Shown here: positions 38,964-52,300 of the stretch, in pieces
How the letters are laid out: each line of letters begins with the position of its first letter
Numbering within the stretch: position 1 is the first letter of the stretch
From: Octopus bimaculoides
Taxonomy: Eukaryota
Direction of reading: 5' to 3'
Length of the DNA: 64,000 bases
Assembly (NCBI RefSeq): GCF_001194135.2
Contig: NC_068992.1
Span: forward strand, 22,561,985 to 22,625,984
The notes under the pieces: model-generated
Seen by the model: the letters and a program-made list of their open reading frames with translations, nothing else
The model's database searches: none
Told to the model about the DNA's origin: nothing
Made by a program: the position numbers and the translations under genes

Positions 38964-39890
38964 TCATTTCGGTTTCTCTTCTTTGTTCCTGTGTCTCAAA
39001 CTATTGACGAGTATTCTTTGCTGTATGACATGGAGCGTTGTCCTGTTGAAAGATAACAATGTTTTCCGACACACTTGGTTGCAACTTGGCAAATTGATGG
39101 CTCTCAAACATCCGATAACATAAAAACATAGGTAGCTGAATTCATCCTTCCCTGATATAAAAAACATTTCTCTGAGTCCTGTGGCAAGCATGCAGGTCCA
39201 CACCATGATAGAACCATCGGCATGCTTTAAGGTTGGTACCAGACATTCTGCCTTAAATGCTTCCCCAACTCTGCGACGCACGAAAGTTGCACCAGATGTA
39301 CTGAAAACCTGAGTGAAAACATGAAAAATAACTTTAGCCTTATGTTGGATGCTTTTTAAATTAATTTTGGGCAACAAACCAGTTAATTAAGTTCATATGT
39401 TGATTGAATAGATGTACTATGTTACCTCATAGTTACCTTCATTAGACCATGTGACTTTCAACCATTGCTCACTGGTCCAATTTGAATGGTTTGGGGCCCT
39501 CTGAAGACGCTTTCCATATTCGCTTCTTCCTGGCGTTACAGCCTTTCAGACCGTACTCTACAAGCCTTCTTCTAACAGTTCTGGTTGATATTTGTGAAGT
39601 ACTTGCCTCGTTGAAGTCCGCACAGAGCTCCGACGATGATTTTTCTCCTGTTTCTGATCGACTTATGACTGATGGATCTGTCATCACGAGGTGATGTAAC
39701 CTTTTTCCCACCTGTTCTTTGTATTGTCATCCCATCTTTTGTCTCTCCGAAGCGCTTGAGAGTCGTTTGCACCACACATCGAGAACATTTCAACTCCTGA
39801 GCAATTTGCCTTAGAGACATCCCATCTTCATGATGAGCTACGATTTGACCTCACTCACACTCACTCAACACCCTCGTTTTAGGCCTTTTA
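38964..39890 (-). mobile_element. Decayed Tc1 transposase
   Basis: GQIVAHHEDGMSLRQIAQELKCSR (HTH), ISTRTVRRRLVEYGLKGCNARKK, VRRRVGEAFKAECLVPTLKH.DGSIMVW and a QQDNAPCH-like third acidic motif. Frameshifted and 3'-truncated. Confidence 0.92.
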
Positions 39891-40273
39891 CTGTTTATTT
39901 ACTGTATCCACAACGTGTTTTAGTATAGAATTCTGAAATACTCAAAGAAACATAAGTTAATTTTGGACGTTGATCTTATTCATAATTCGCTGCATATGAA
40001 CAGTACAGCATAAAAGTGGTAATTGATGCCAAATAAGTGTCAATCAGATATTAAAACTAATGCATAGTGTGAAATATACCACAATCTACCATGTGCAGAA
40101 GTTTCATTAACATTGAAATAGCAGACCTCTCTACTCTATACTATTTTCAACCTCCATCCTTCTATAATTCCCTTTTCTCCCGTCCCTCTTTCATCGTTTT
40201 CTATTTGTCTCTCTCTCTTGCTCCCCTATTTCTCTTTTTTCTCTCTCGTGCACACCTGACCATCGTCCATCTT

Positions 40274-40395
40274 TCTTTTCCTCGTGTGACCATCTTTTCC
40301 TCGTGTGACCATCTTTTCCTCGTGTGACCATCTTTTCCTCGTGTGACCATCTTTTCCTCGTGTGACCATCTTTTCCTCGTGTGACCATATTTTCC
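40274..40395 (+). repeat. 19-bp minisatellite TCTTTTCCTCGTGTGACCA, six copies plus a partial copy
   Basis: Perfect units start at 40274, 40293, 40312, 40331, 40350 and 40369. Confidence 0.97.
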
Positions 40396-41020
40396 TTCAC
40401 GGACATTCAAAAGAGCGGATGCATTTTTTCTCTCTCTTTTCTATCTTTTCTCTTTTCAAAAAATGTTTCTCACAGCGTTCACTATTTTGCTCTCGTTCTG
40501 GACGAACGATCCACCGTGTTTGTTTTCGTTTGGTTTTTCTTTGTATGTCTCCACTGTCATGCTTATGATCCCAACTGTGACCCTCCATAATTCCTAAACA
40601 GACAATTTAAAAAGAAAACTCTAGTAACAGTCTTCCACCTGGGTATCAAAACCGCACCCCCAAATCACGATACAATAACACCATGCAAATACTAGTTACC
40701 TTTAGACCAATGAAATTTTACAAACACAAGTTGCTGACGTCACCTAACTCTAGACCAATGTAATTTTACCTCCGATGAAAACCGAACTTCAGCAAATAAA
40801 ACAAAATGTCCCTTTAAAAGAATCAACCAACTGGGACGGGTAAGGATCTTTCTCCACAGACCAGCCGACCAGGCAGAACTGTTTGTCCAATGGTTTATAA
40901 GGACTTTCTGGAAATATAACCTAAAAACAATAATTCATATTTGTAATGTATGCATTGCATTTTGTTACGCCCACTATTTTCAACTCTGTCATACGTCCAA
41001 TTGCAATATTATAGCAAGAC

Positions 41021-41535
41021 TAAGGCGGTGAGCTGGTGGAAACATTAGTACGCCGGACGAAATACTTAGCGGTGTTTCGTCCGTCATTACGTTCAGATTT
41101 CAAATTCCCCGGAGCTCGACTTTGCTCTTCATCCTTTCAGAGTCAATAAATTAAGTACCACTTGCATACTGGTGTCAATCTAATCGACTGCCCCCTTCCC
41201 CACGCACGAAAACAATTTCGGGTCGTTAAACAAGAACCAGCAGTTGACTTAGCCTCTGCTCCGAACTTGTTGGCCTTGAGTAGAAATTTGAAACCAATAT
41301 CATAGCAAGGAAATGGTAGCGAGTTGGCAGAACCGCTACGACGCCAGGCTAAATGCTTAGCGGTATTTCGTCCGTCCTTATATTCTGAGTTCAAAGTACG
41401 GTGAGGTCGACATAAGATTTCATCCTTCAGGGTCGTTAAAAGAAGTACCAGTTGAGCACGGCTGTCGATGTAACCAACGTTCCTCTCACTCAAAATTGCT
41501 GGTCGCATGCCAAAATTTGAAACCGATATTATAGC
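41021..41535 (+). mobile_element. Two tandem SINE family 2 copies
   Basis: TAAGGCGGTGAGCTGG... at 41021 and a second copy with GAGTTGGCAGAACCGCTACG... from about 41320. Confidence 0.8.
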
Positions 41536-41850
41536 ATGATATACATTTCATTAAATATTTAAGCATCGTCAGGAACAAGAATTCTGCATCTTGGAAACAA
41601 TCTAAAATGTTACGTAGACAATACAATTTTAGTTTATAATTCTAGACGTTATTAATCTCAGTTACTTTATGATATCACCTGCGACACATGATTTATATAT
41701 TCATATTCTGCCATGTGTTTGTAATTGTGTATTTTGTGCGTGCATATTTACATATGTTTGTGTTTTTCTGTGTCTGCAAATGGAATAGGGAACATAAATT
41801 ATTGTGTACACTATTCCCTATATGTTTTGTATAAAAATTCATACATACAG

Positions 41851-42190
41851 TGGCATTAAGAATTCAAGGAAACTCGGGATCATCTGCAATGGTAAAAATT
41901 AGTCTACTGAGAGTTTATGGATTCCAATACGTTGAATTATTCGAGGTGTTAATGAATCGAACGCTTCAAAGATTTGGCATTCCTCACTGGTTTGAGGATC
42001 AGAAAGAAACGGTGTTGTGGCTTAAGTTCGGGCGAAGTATTACTCTGGTGGTATTCTCAGTGTTCAGAAGTAGAGGGAACAGAAATGTATGGATACAATT
42101 ATACGAATATCGTGCATTGGCTGCTAGAATCTATTGTGATTTCTCTGTTGCTGGCTTACTGTAGCGTCAGGGGATTCAATGACGAGGTTT
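41851..42190 (+). pseudogene. Decayed SRCR-domain exon (copy C)
   Basis: Phase-1 acceptor CATACAG. Frames give ALRIQGNSGS, GVNESNASKI (W...NA.V.C), SSGEVLL...EGTE (G.G.ILL..V.C.G.E) and YCDFSVAGL (C.HS..AGV.C). About 320-340 bp, a typical length for a single-exon SRCR domain. Confidence 0.6.
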
Positions 42191-43079
42191 GGAAGTAATG
42201 ACAATATGTCTGAATATGCAATGAAAATTACCTCTGATCACAATATTTAATTATTCAATTTATTTTGCAATTGATAAATACATATTTAATCTTTTATGAC
42301 AGACATAGTAGGCAACTGGTGATGGTGGGTAGAATGTATCAATCAGTAAAAGTGAAATGAAGGCAGAAGGTTATTATTTCGTATATCGCAATTCATATAA
42401 CAACAAATTGACAACTTCTCCGCGTGTTTCACCCCACCCCTTCCTGCTAAATACAAAAGCTTTATCACTAATATATGGCATCACATTTTTAAACAATAAG
42501 TAATAATCGTATGTTGTCTTGAAAAGATACTACGTGCAAACCTATTTTGCAAATATAGTGGTATTTCTTTTCTAATTAAAACAGACATTTTCCATTTACA
42601 GAATCAAAAACTAATATGTATATCTTAAGAGATTTATGTGGTGCTAGAATTAGCATAGATCCTTTTTCTACTGGAATTATGCTGATAGGAAATGAAATGA
42701 CAAAAGAATTGCATAGTAGAATTTGATGCAAAAGTGAAAGTGAAAGCGATAATCATGAACCAAACACGAAATATAATACCAATCTGAAGAAACCCTTCAA
42801 AGGACATGATTGCTCACAAAAAGGAATGTGAACATAACAGCACCAATTTGAAATGCGCTCTCTACGTGTATGTGTTGGAATCAACAGATCACAAAGTACT
42901 ATTTATTTAATGAATTCTAAACCTTTATTATCGTACTTGCAAGCTGTTGCCTGGATGCAGCACTTTATGTAAACGTGATCAAATACAAACTATATTACGT
43001 TGGTGGATTGATCGCACTTATTGGATTTTCATATGGAATTCCTCACTATATAAAGATTATATGGAAATGAACAAGCGCA

Positions 43080-43170
43080 TGAAAATAGCACATGATAATG
43101 GCGAATGTGTACAGGATTGATCTTCAAATTGCCATTCATAATCTTCTAGTTACGAGAAGCAATCGCCTTA
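43080..43170 (+). pseudogene. Decayed LDLa module
   Basis: HDNGECVQD*SSNCHS*SSSYE, with DNGECV at 43094-43111. Confidence 0.45.
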
Positions 43171-43870
43171 TATGTAGTCGGAACATTTCTCATTTATGTA
43201 ATCAAAGAAAGAAAAAAAAACCTTTCTTGACGTGTCCCTATATGAAGAGTTGTATTTTGGCTGGAACAATTTCTTCAGATCAACCGTTGAAAACGTACAC
43301 ATCTAATGATATAGACTATTCTAATATAGTACTACTCTGTGCTTCACCGCGTTGTTTTATGTGACGGCTATAAGTGATCGGTATTTAATCATTTTACTGT
43401 TGTTCTCTAACCCTAGATCAATTCTGTTAAAGCAGGCCGTCGACTAAATATCTTTCAGTCATTACTATCTCCTCTTTCTTTCAAGCACACTGTGTCCTAT
43501 ATATCCTTCCATTTTAAAGACAGTTGAATCGATGATTGGTTGAGATTTAATCGTCATTTCGTACTTTCGTAGAACGATTCCGTGTCGTTATCTACGGAAG
43601 CCCAGACAAAACCCTATAACATACTCACATACACACACACACACACACACACACTTAAATGTTTTAAATATTTTTATGAGGTAAAAGTAAACAAAGCAAA
43701 AACACCAGTAAGTGTACCATTCCCTGGTATTCAAATATTTCACATTTAGGACCACTTAATCAGAAAATTTACGGAGAAACAGATGTTGATAGTTAATGTC
43801 TCTACTCCGTAGTATGTGTGTGTATGTAGGGTTGTTTTGCGTTGCTGTAATCATCTGTGTGTAAATCTGA

Positions 43871-44085
43871 TTAGTTATTTATTCGCTGACTGTATCTGTT
43901 GATTGAAGTAGCTTCTTTTAGGCTTATGTTTCCAATGTTTCTATCTGTACCTTGAACGAGAACTCGGATGTTTGGAATGTGGCATGTACGTAGGTGTTTT
44001 CGGACAGAAGAAGCATCAGCATAGAGGTTTTCTTTAGCGCGTATATGAAAACTGATGGGAAAACCGTCCACCTGTATTATTAAAT
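43871..44085 (-). mobile_element. Penelope-like GIY-YIG endonuclease remnant
   Basis: FHIRAKENLYADASSVRKHLRTC...LKEATSINRYSQRIN matches the R..EH...S.V.KH..C...L.EA..I...P.IN pattern. Confidence 0.65.
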
Positions 44086-44818
44086 ATTTCCAACTTGCAT
44101 TGTTTTTGCTTTATAAAAAATATTCTATACATGTACATATATACATTAACAAACACACACACACACATTTATCTATATATGTATGTGTGTCTGTGTGTAT
44201 GTATGTTACATGCATATATACGTATATACAGGCATACATATAGATGTATGTGTGTGTGTATACCAGACAATGTTTTATGAAAATTATGCTTTCCAACCAG
44301 TTTCCTGTCAGATTCTTTGTTTCTTCTGCATATGTTTTTTCTTCGTTGTCATGCTACTTTGTTCGCATTTGGTGCTCGTGAAAATTGAAGGTTTTGTAGG
44401 AATGGGCTAAATAATCACTGCAGCAAGAGTACCAAAGTAGGATGGATTAACACCTACGGTTACTTTCATTCGAAATATGTGTCATTTGTTCTGAAGAGAG
44501 AACAAATATATGTCAGGGATTCAGTCAGAGATATGCGGACATGTTCAATCCTATTAGACTAAAAACAATAATAATGATGCCATTACACTAGGAACATATT
44601 TAGTTTAGGAACTGGTATATATTCTATTAATTCTGTGTGATAAAACACTCATTTTCGAAACGTTAGATATTTAATTTAACACTTTACTGTGTCTGAATGA
44701 TCGATAACGTGATAGAAATTATTGGGCATAAAGGAAAACAAAATGAGTACATTTCTACTCAGTCCTGAATCGGTGAAAAGCGTAATAAACATGAGAATTT
44801 GAACTGAGTGTAAAACTT

Positions 44819-44981
44819 CGTGGATGTGGCTGAGTGGTAAGAATTCCGTTTCCCAACGAAGTGGCTCCGGGTTCAGTCCCACTACGTGGCACCTGGGCAA
44901 ATGTCTTCTATTATAGCTTTTAGGACTGACCAATGTCGGGTGAGCGGATTTAGTAGACGGACACTGAAATAAGCCCATCGT

Positions 44982-45047
<66 letters not shown>

Positions 45048-45230
45048 CCTGTGTCTGTGTGCCTGTGTCTGTGTGCCTGTGTGTGTATTTGTGTCAGTTT
45101 TTGCCCCCCCCCGTTGCTTGAATACCGCTGCATAAATACGTCCTGGGTCGATTTGTTCGACTAAAACCCTTCAAGATGGTGATGCAGCAGCATGGCCGCA
45201 GTTAAATGACTAAAGCAAGTAAGAGATAAA
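44819..45230 (+). mobile_element. SINE family 1, near full length with an internal (TA)n/(TG)n tract
   Basis: Head GGATGTGGCTGAGTGGTAAG...GGTTCAGTCCC; tail CAGCATGGCCGCAGTTAAATGACT. Confidence 0.85.
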
Positions 45231-45480
45231 CATCTATCAATGAATAAACGCGTGAAAAATAATACTTAATGCTATGTAAATATAAATATTTCAAATAAGA
45301 AGAGAGAGCAGTTTTTCCTTGATTGCATACAACCAAATTATATAAATGGGAAAATGGAGAAAACATTTTGTTATTAAAAATATCGTAATTTATTTCAGGA
45401 AAATATAACGCATGCTAAGCGAATACCGCAGAAGAACTCAATATGCTTGAATAATTCAATTTAAATAAATGCTGTTCAAT

Positions 45481-46030
45481 ATAGGATGTATTTTGTGGAG
45501 ATACGAGTTTTGTTAAGTAACAATCCCATTTGTGAATATTTTGCAAGACTGCACGTTATATATTCATAAGCCGGTACTTTTTAATCTAGTTTCATGAATT
45601 CGTTGTAAATGAACACGCGCAGGAATATTAATAACTTATTGTATCGATACATTTAGTCAGAGTAGGCTTTGAAAATTTAATGAATGTAAATAAATATATC
45701 ACTGTATCAATACATTTTAAAATTGCAGCATTTTACTTGTTAAAATATTAATAAAGTTCCATTTTGCTGATGTCGTTTCAACATTAGGATTACATTTTCT
45801 AATTAGTTGATTGATAGCACAGTTTGTAGTGCGAGTTTGCAAAACGGAGAAGCATTTCTCATATTTCCAAAACAATAATGGATAGTACATATAGCTTTAA
45901 AATAAATAGAATTTTAGTGTTAGTATTGGGAACTCATCTGTGCTATTCTCATCCAATTCAAATGTAAATGTTTAAAATGCATAATGCCAAATGTATTGTG
46001 ACAGTGGTATTACAGCTAAGTAATGGCTGC
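45481..46030 (+). pseudogene. Cluster of decayed LDLa repeats (copy C)
   Basis: IPFVNILQDC, RCK*TR...YCID, CKTEKHF...NG*YI and QFKCKCLKCIMPNV/CD (from 45954). Confidence 0.55.
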
Positions 46031-46294
46031 TGCAAAATGTAAATCATTTAAAAAGTTTTCGATACTTTCCAATATTCGTTTATATTATCATATATGACGT
46101 TATCATAATATTACTATTCATATACTAATATGTATATATACATATCCAGAAATAACAGAATAACATACATACACACATGCATACAGATATATATATACAC
46201 TCATATGTGCATATATATATATATATCCTGTATATATATATGTGTGTGTGTGCGTGCATATATATACCCACACACATATGTATGTATCCATGTT

Positions 46295-46325
<31 letters not shown>

Positions 46326-46517
46326 NNNNNNNNNNNNNNNNNNNNNNNNNNNNNNNNNNNNNNNNNNNNNNNNNNNNNNNNNNNNNNNNNNNNNNNNNNN
46401 NNNNNNNNNNNNNNNNNNNNNNNNNNNNNNNNNNNNNNNNNNNNNNNNNNNNNNNNNNNNNNNNNNNNNNNNNNNNNNNNNNNNNNNNNNNNNNNNNNNN
46501 NNNNNNNNNNNNNNNNN

Positions 46518-46555
<38 letters not shown>

Positions 46556-47192
46556 GTATTTATACGTACGTATACGCGTACACAAACACACAAATACAGA
46601 GAGAGAGAGAGAGACACTTATGAATATATATGTAAATGAAGAAATAAAAGAATAAATTTCAGAGGGCATAAAAATTCAACCAAAATTCTGAGAAAGAAAA
46701 TGAGATTAGTAACATAGATGGATGAAGAGAAATCTAAACTATTGGAACGGAAATCAACACCTCCTCAACAAAAGAGTTCCTAACACTTTTAATAAATTAT
46801 AGGACAATATAATAATGAGCCATTCTGTAATGCCAGGTGCATTATATTCTAACACATTTCCTTCTGATTTAGGTTAGCTATTGACGTAATGTTATAAAGT
46901 ATTTAAACAGTTTCCAGCAGAATAGATCTTATTAATTTGTAAGCCACCGATAGTCTAAAATTCCACCGGGGCTCTCTTAAAAGTCTTTCAGTTGTAGACC
47001 TACTAATGTAAGCTAATAGAAAAAGTACATGAATATCTTTAAAGACCACCATAACGAAAACATAACATCACCTTCTAAGAACGTTCAGAATAAACATACA
47101 TACTACTGAGCACACTGATATAAACAATTCCAAACGCTGTTTTATTTATGTATGTATGTATGTTTGTATGCATGAATACATACATACATACA

Positions 47193-47253
<61 letters not shown>

Positions 47254-47841
47254 AATAAGAAGAAAATTAATAGCATATTTCTAATCAGTAACTTTACTAC
47301 CTCTGTAGAGATTCATCTTATAATGATTTTAATTTTATAAATTAATTATCTAAAGGTTACTGAATCGAAACAGTTGTCAGAGATGTTGTCATATTTTATA
47401 ATTAAGGAATAATATGTTATTGCTTACCTCTCCATTTTCTCCTTATTCTTTCGATATATAAATATATGAACCACGGTTTATACGGTTACCTTATTGTTGA
47501 ACTATCTATGGATTGGTAACTAACGAGTATTTTCATTGGTTTTATTATCCTTTAATCAGGTTTATAACTTCTACTTGAATATATATATATGTAATCCTTT
47601 TAATCAATCTTTTATTTGTTTCAGTCATTTGACTGTGGTCATTCTGGAGCACCGTCTGAAAGTGTTTTATTCGAAGCATCGATCCCAGGATATCTTCTTT
47701 GTAAGCCTAGTACGTATTCTATCGATAAGTTATGGGGACATAAACGCACTAGAAACGGTTGTCAAGCGGTGGTGATGGGGTAAACACAGACACGCACACA
47801 CACACACATACATAATACATGCATACATTTATATATATAAT

Positions 47842-47874
<33 letters not shown>

Positions 47875-49091
47875 GTGGGACTTCTTTCAGCTTCCGTTTA
47901 CCAAATGCATTCACAAGGCTTTGGTCCTCCCGAGGCTTTAGTAGAAGACACTTGCCCAAGATGCAATGCAGTGGACTGAACCCGTAATCATATTGTTGGG
48001 AAGCAAACTTCTCACCAAATAGCCACGTATGTATATTTGAGTATAAAATATCGCGTAATGAGCATCTCCATAAAAGACCTCTGAATATTACTGTTCAATT
48101 TTTCCAGATAATCCAAGGGGGCTAAATTGCTGAAGTAGCTACAGACTCTAGATATATATAACTCGAAACTAAAACAGAACATTTATATGTTTATAAATGT
48201 AACAGGAAACAATAATTATGCAAATGTGAATGCTCGCCCAACTAAAATTACTTTAGTGTAAAACACAGAAAGTGGCTATTGCCAAACGAATAGTGGACAT
48301 ATTTATTTTTAACATGCGCCTGTACACTAGAATATGGATGGCATTCACTTCAGGATTTTGTCTTTCAGAAAGTTTTCCCTCAGTAGACTGTGTATATAAA
48401 ACTCATTGAGGTGTTCAGAAGTATATGAAAAAAAAAAAAAGAAACGTTCAAATCTTTATTTTTAACCTCTTTGCTTTGCACCACCAAATATATTGTTTGC
48501 TCTTTTCNNNNNNNNNNNNNNNNNNNNNNNNNNNNNNNNNNNNNNNNNNNNNNNNNNNNNNNNNNNNNNNNNNNNNNNNNNNNNNNNNNNNNNNNNNNNN
48601 NNNNNNNNNNNNNNNNNNNNNNNNNNNNNNNNNNNNNNNNNNNNNNNNNNNNNNNNNNNNNNNNNNNNNNNNNNNNNNNNNNNNNNNNNNNNNNNNNNNN
48701 NNNNNNNNNNNNNNNNNNNNNNNNNNNNNNNNNNNNNNNNNNNNNNNNNNNNNNNNNNNNNNNNNNNNNNNNNNNNNNNNNNNNNNNNNNNNNNNNNNNN
48801 NNNNNNNNNNNNNNNNNNNNNNNNNNNNNNNNNNNNNNNNNNNNNNNNNNNNNNNNNNNNNNNNNNNNNNNNNNNNNNNNNNNNNNNNNNNNNNNNNNNN
48901 NNNNNNNNNNNNNNNNNNNNNNNNNNNNNNNNNNNNNNNNNNNNNNNNNNNNNNNNNNNNNNNNNNNNNNNNNNNNNNNNNNNNNNNNNNNNNNNNNNNN
49001 NNNNNNNNNNNNNNNNNNNNNNNNNNNNNNNNNNNNNNNNNNNNNNNNNNNNNNNNNNNNNNNNNNNNTATATATATATGTATATAATGTA

Positions 49092-49141
<50 letters not shown>

Positions 49142-49346
49142 ATAAACTGAAGAATTACGCAATAGTTTTGGGAGGGTAAATATCTATTATAACTTCGCTG
49201 TCTCGGCTTCCCACTCTGTCTGTGAGCATGTGTGTTTATGTGAGTGTGAGTGTGCATGTATGTATGTGTCTGTGTGTTTTTGTGTGTGCTGTTCATTATA
49301 TTAGTCAATGAAGTTATAACCTATGCATTTACAATTATATTCGCAG

Positions 49347-49431
49347 TGGCCGCTGTTGATGCCTGCAAAGTCTCGCTTGAGAATTGTTATATAAACTACA
49401 GGTGGAGTTCGAAACCTGAGAAATTTGAACA
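49347..49431 (+). other. Candidate exon of uncertain domain
   Basis: Canonical TTCGCAG|...|GTAAGA with open frame VAAVDACKVSLENCYINYRWSSKPEKFE. It lies inside copy C and may be a lectin-like piece. Confidence 0.25.
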
Positions 49432-51289
49432 GTAAGAAAATGTAATGACTCTTGAAACTCGATATCAGACAGTGTATATATGTACGAATATATTTTTGAA
49501 TTGACCAATTGAACTGAGACATTGAGAATGAGACTACGGACATTCAATATAACGTCAGCGTTTGGGCATAGTCAGAAAGCGATTGAATGGGAATAAAGAG
49601 GAATGATAGAGAATAATAGAGAAGTAGGAACTGAAAAGGAAAGATATATAAGAGACATGATATTAGAACGGAAGAAAGAGAGGATTGAAGGTACAGGAGA
49701 AAGTTAGAAGGACAGGAGATATTTTATGTTGTTATAATTATTTGCCAATGCCATAATCCTTTTGTTTCCCTTTATGGAAGGAAATTAAATCTCTGGATCC
49801 AGATTATGTTCGGGAATGTTGACAAAAGTTAATGTCCAGGAAAATAACATACGTGGTAAGCAGGAAATTAATATTGTTCGTGTGATGCAATGAATAGTGA
49901 ATGCAGTCTTAAGAATCCAGATACACTGACATTGAATTTCAATTTAGAGCAAGTAATATTAATAGTTTTATCAGTTAAGAGCTAAAAGCATGCATTGTTA
50001 CGATGTTTGCTGGAGGTGGTTAGCAGGTTGTGTTAATTAGGGTTCTTAATTAATGATAATGGGTAGCTATTGATAACAAAATGACCAGGGTATGCGATTG
50101 CAATGAGCAGAGGGGAATTTGGGGAAAAGCATTACCGGTAAATGAAATGAGAAGGAGATGAGAAGAGTAATAACCCGAATCGGTAATTATATATTAATTA
50201 GTTGAATCAATTTAGTTTAGGATATAATTTTAAATTGAAAAGGAGATTCGGTGCGAAAGAGATGAGAAGGGAATTATAGAACTAAAAGATTGGTTAGTAC
50301 AGGCAGGTGTAAGAAATGGCTTTCCGTAACATGTAAGAAATATGTAGATGACAAATGAATAAGAAACATTAGTGCAATACTGTATAGCTATTCATTGATA
50401 CAGGATCATTAAGATGCATCGAGAAGGATCAATCAGAGTGCACCAAAGCATGACCGTAACCGCTGCAGGCGCCTTATTCATATTCATAAACACCTACATA
50501 TGTACATTCACCATGGACACATACATATTATACATAAATACTGAGATGTATTTATGTTTTCCTGGGTGTCTTTGAGCGCATGCGCGCGCGTGGCGAGGTG
50601 TATTGGCTGTCGTCTTTGTTCTAAAGCATGGCATTCAATACTGATACGGCATGCGTTGAAAAATAAGAGCTGGCCATTGTGCAAGTATGTGAACTCCTAT
50701 GAGTGAATAGAGTGCAGCATGTGTTTTTAGATTTATTATCGTCTAATCGAAAATGGGAGTCATTCTTATTGATGTACACGTAAGACGTTTCAAAATTTGA
50801 TGTTATAAAACAGATTAATCGAATGATTCCACGTTTAACAAAACGTTTACTAGAAAACAGTTCTTACTAAATGCATTGTGTGGTTACTACAAACAAATCT
50901 AGAAATGTGCAATCGTGCTGTGTGGTTAACAAACTCGTTTTGCACCTACATGGTTTTGGGTTCCGTCCTCATGCATGGTAACGTGGGCATGGATCTCCTA
51001 CTACAACCCTGAGCCGACAAATGCCTTGTAAGTGAATTTGGTAGTTGAAAATAATGTGAAGAATTTGTGTATTGTGGTTTTACTTATCACCCACCCACCA
51101 CTTGACAACCTTCTATGGTTTGTAAACGTCTCAAATACATTAGCGTTGTACCAGAATTAAAAATAAGAACTGCACACACACACACAAAAACACACACAGG
51201 TTCACGTTCATTTATATACACAGACACATATGCATGTGTATTGGTGTGCATGTTTGTTGCTTTTGTTGACTTCATTTCCTCGCCATCGC

Positions 51290-52300
51290 CAGAACTTTAC
51301 TGGATTATCTCTCTGTATTGGATAAGATCTTCATGCTACCGTTAGAAGTAGTAACTGTGTCTGCACAGATCGAAGGAGTCTACGACTCTAGCCATCTCGT
51401 CTCTGATTTTGAGAAGTTTACGTATCACGAATACAACGTAAAGTTTGAGTATCCTTCTGATATAGCTGAAGCATTTTCGTCTCTTCCTTCTTATGTCTTT
51501 TCAGATGGAACCATTGGCATACATGTCCTATAAAGTTAATATTTTATAGATTGCAAATGCTGTATTTGAGAAAATTTCATCATTATTGTTTTCGCTCAAC
51601 ATTTCTTATGCTAGGGCCTATTTATGTGTGACATGATACACCAGGTCTTCTATAGACCTGGCTCTACAAAAGACGCACTGGTGGTTCTTGAGGAAAGACA
51701 GAAAAAGAGAGTGTGATTCACGGTGCTGACAGCTGGCTTTGATGAAGGATTGTCTATGATGGTTTACGCCGAAGGGTATTTCTTAGTGTCAGAAACGGAG
51801 GGATTAAAACGTTTCGTGAATATAGGACCAAGTTCTGAGGCGAATTATTTAAATGTAAGAAAAGGAACATCGAGGGAGTGGCGAAGTTTGATTGTTTAGA
51901 GCAACAGGGAGAATTTCCCGTCTGTGTGTATACAGTGTGAGGAACGTTTTAGAGTGGGAAGCGTTATATTTAGGATGCGTAATGTGGAGCTACATTCAAA
52001 TCAGCTAAGTTGATAGCTTATAGTAGGTGAGGTGTACCGTTTAAGAAGTTAAAAAGAGCAGGGGAAAACAGCTTCTGCACAATTGTTAGAAATACATTTC
52101 GCAACACCAGAAAATTGACTGACCGAAATCTTGAGGATGCAGGAAATTGTCTTTTGTACACTCGATAGTGATGATAGCTGAGTTGTGGTACTGGGCCATC
52201 CATACAAGAGAAGCAGGCGAGAGTAAAATCAACATCAGAAGGAGTATTCTTTGCTCAAACATCTGTAGCACAACTTTGAGCAAATAACTTTATCACAGTG
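51290..52300 (-). mobile_element. Decayed CR1/L2/Jockey-group LINE reverse transcriptase region
   Basis: Minus frames give SELGPIFTKRFNPS...YPSA, HQCVFCRARSIEDL (Q.GFR..RST.D) and a GVPQGSxLSP-like remnant. Confidence 0.6.

Noticed and set aside
40274-40395. CRISPR-like repeat array
   Set aside because: Units are contiguous with no spacers, and the context is eukaryotic.
41850-42164. 104-aa ORF as an intact gene or gypsy integrase (RFGIP)
   Set aside because: SRCR motifs are spread over all three frames, so the open frame is incidental.
51318-51533. Protein-like + strand ORF MDKIFMLPLEVV...
   Set aside because: It is antisense to the decayed LINE reverse transcriptase region.
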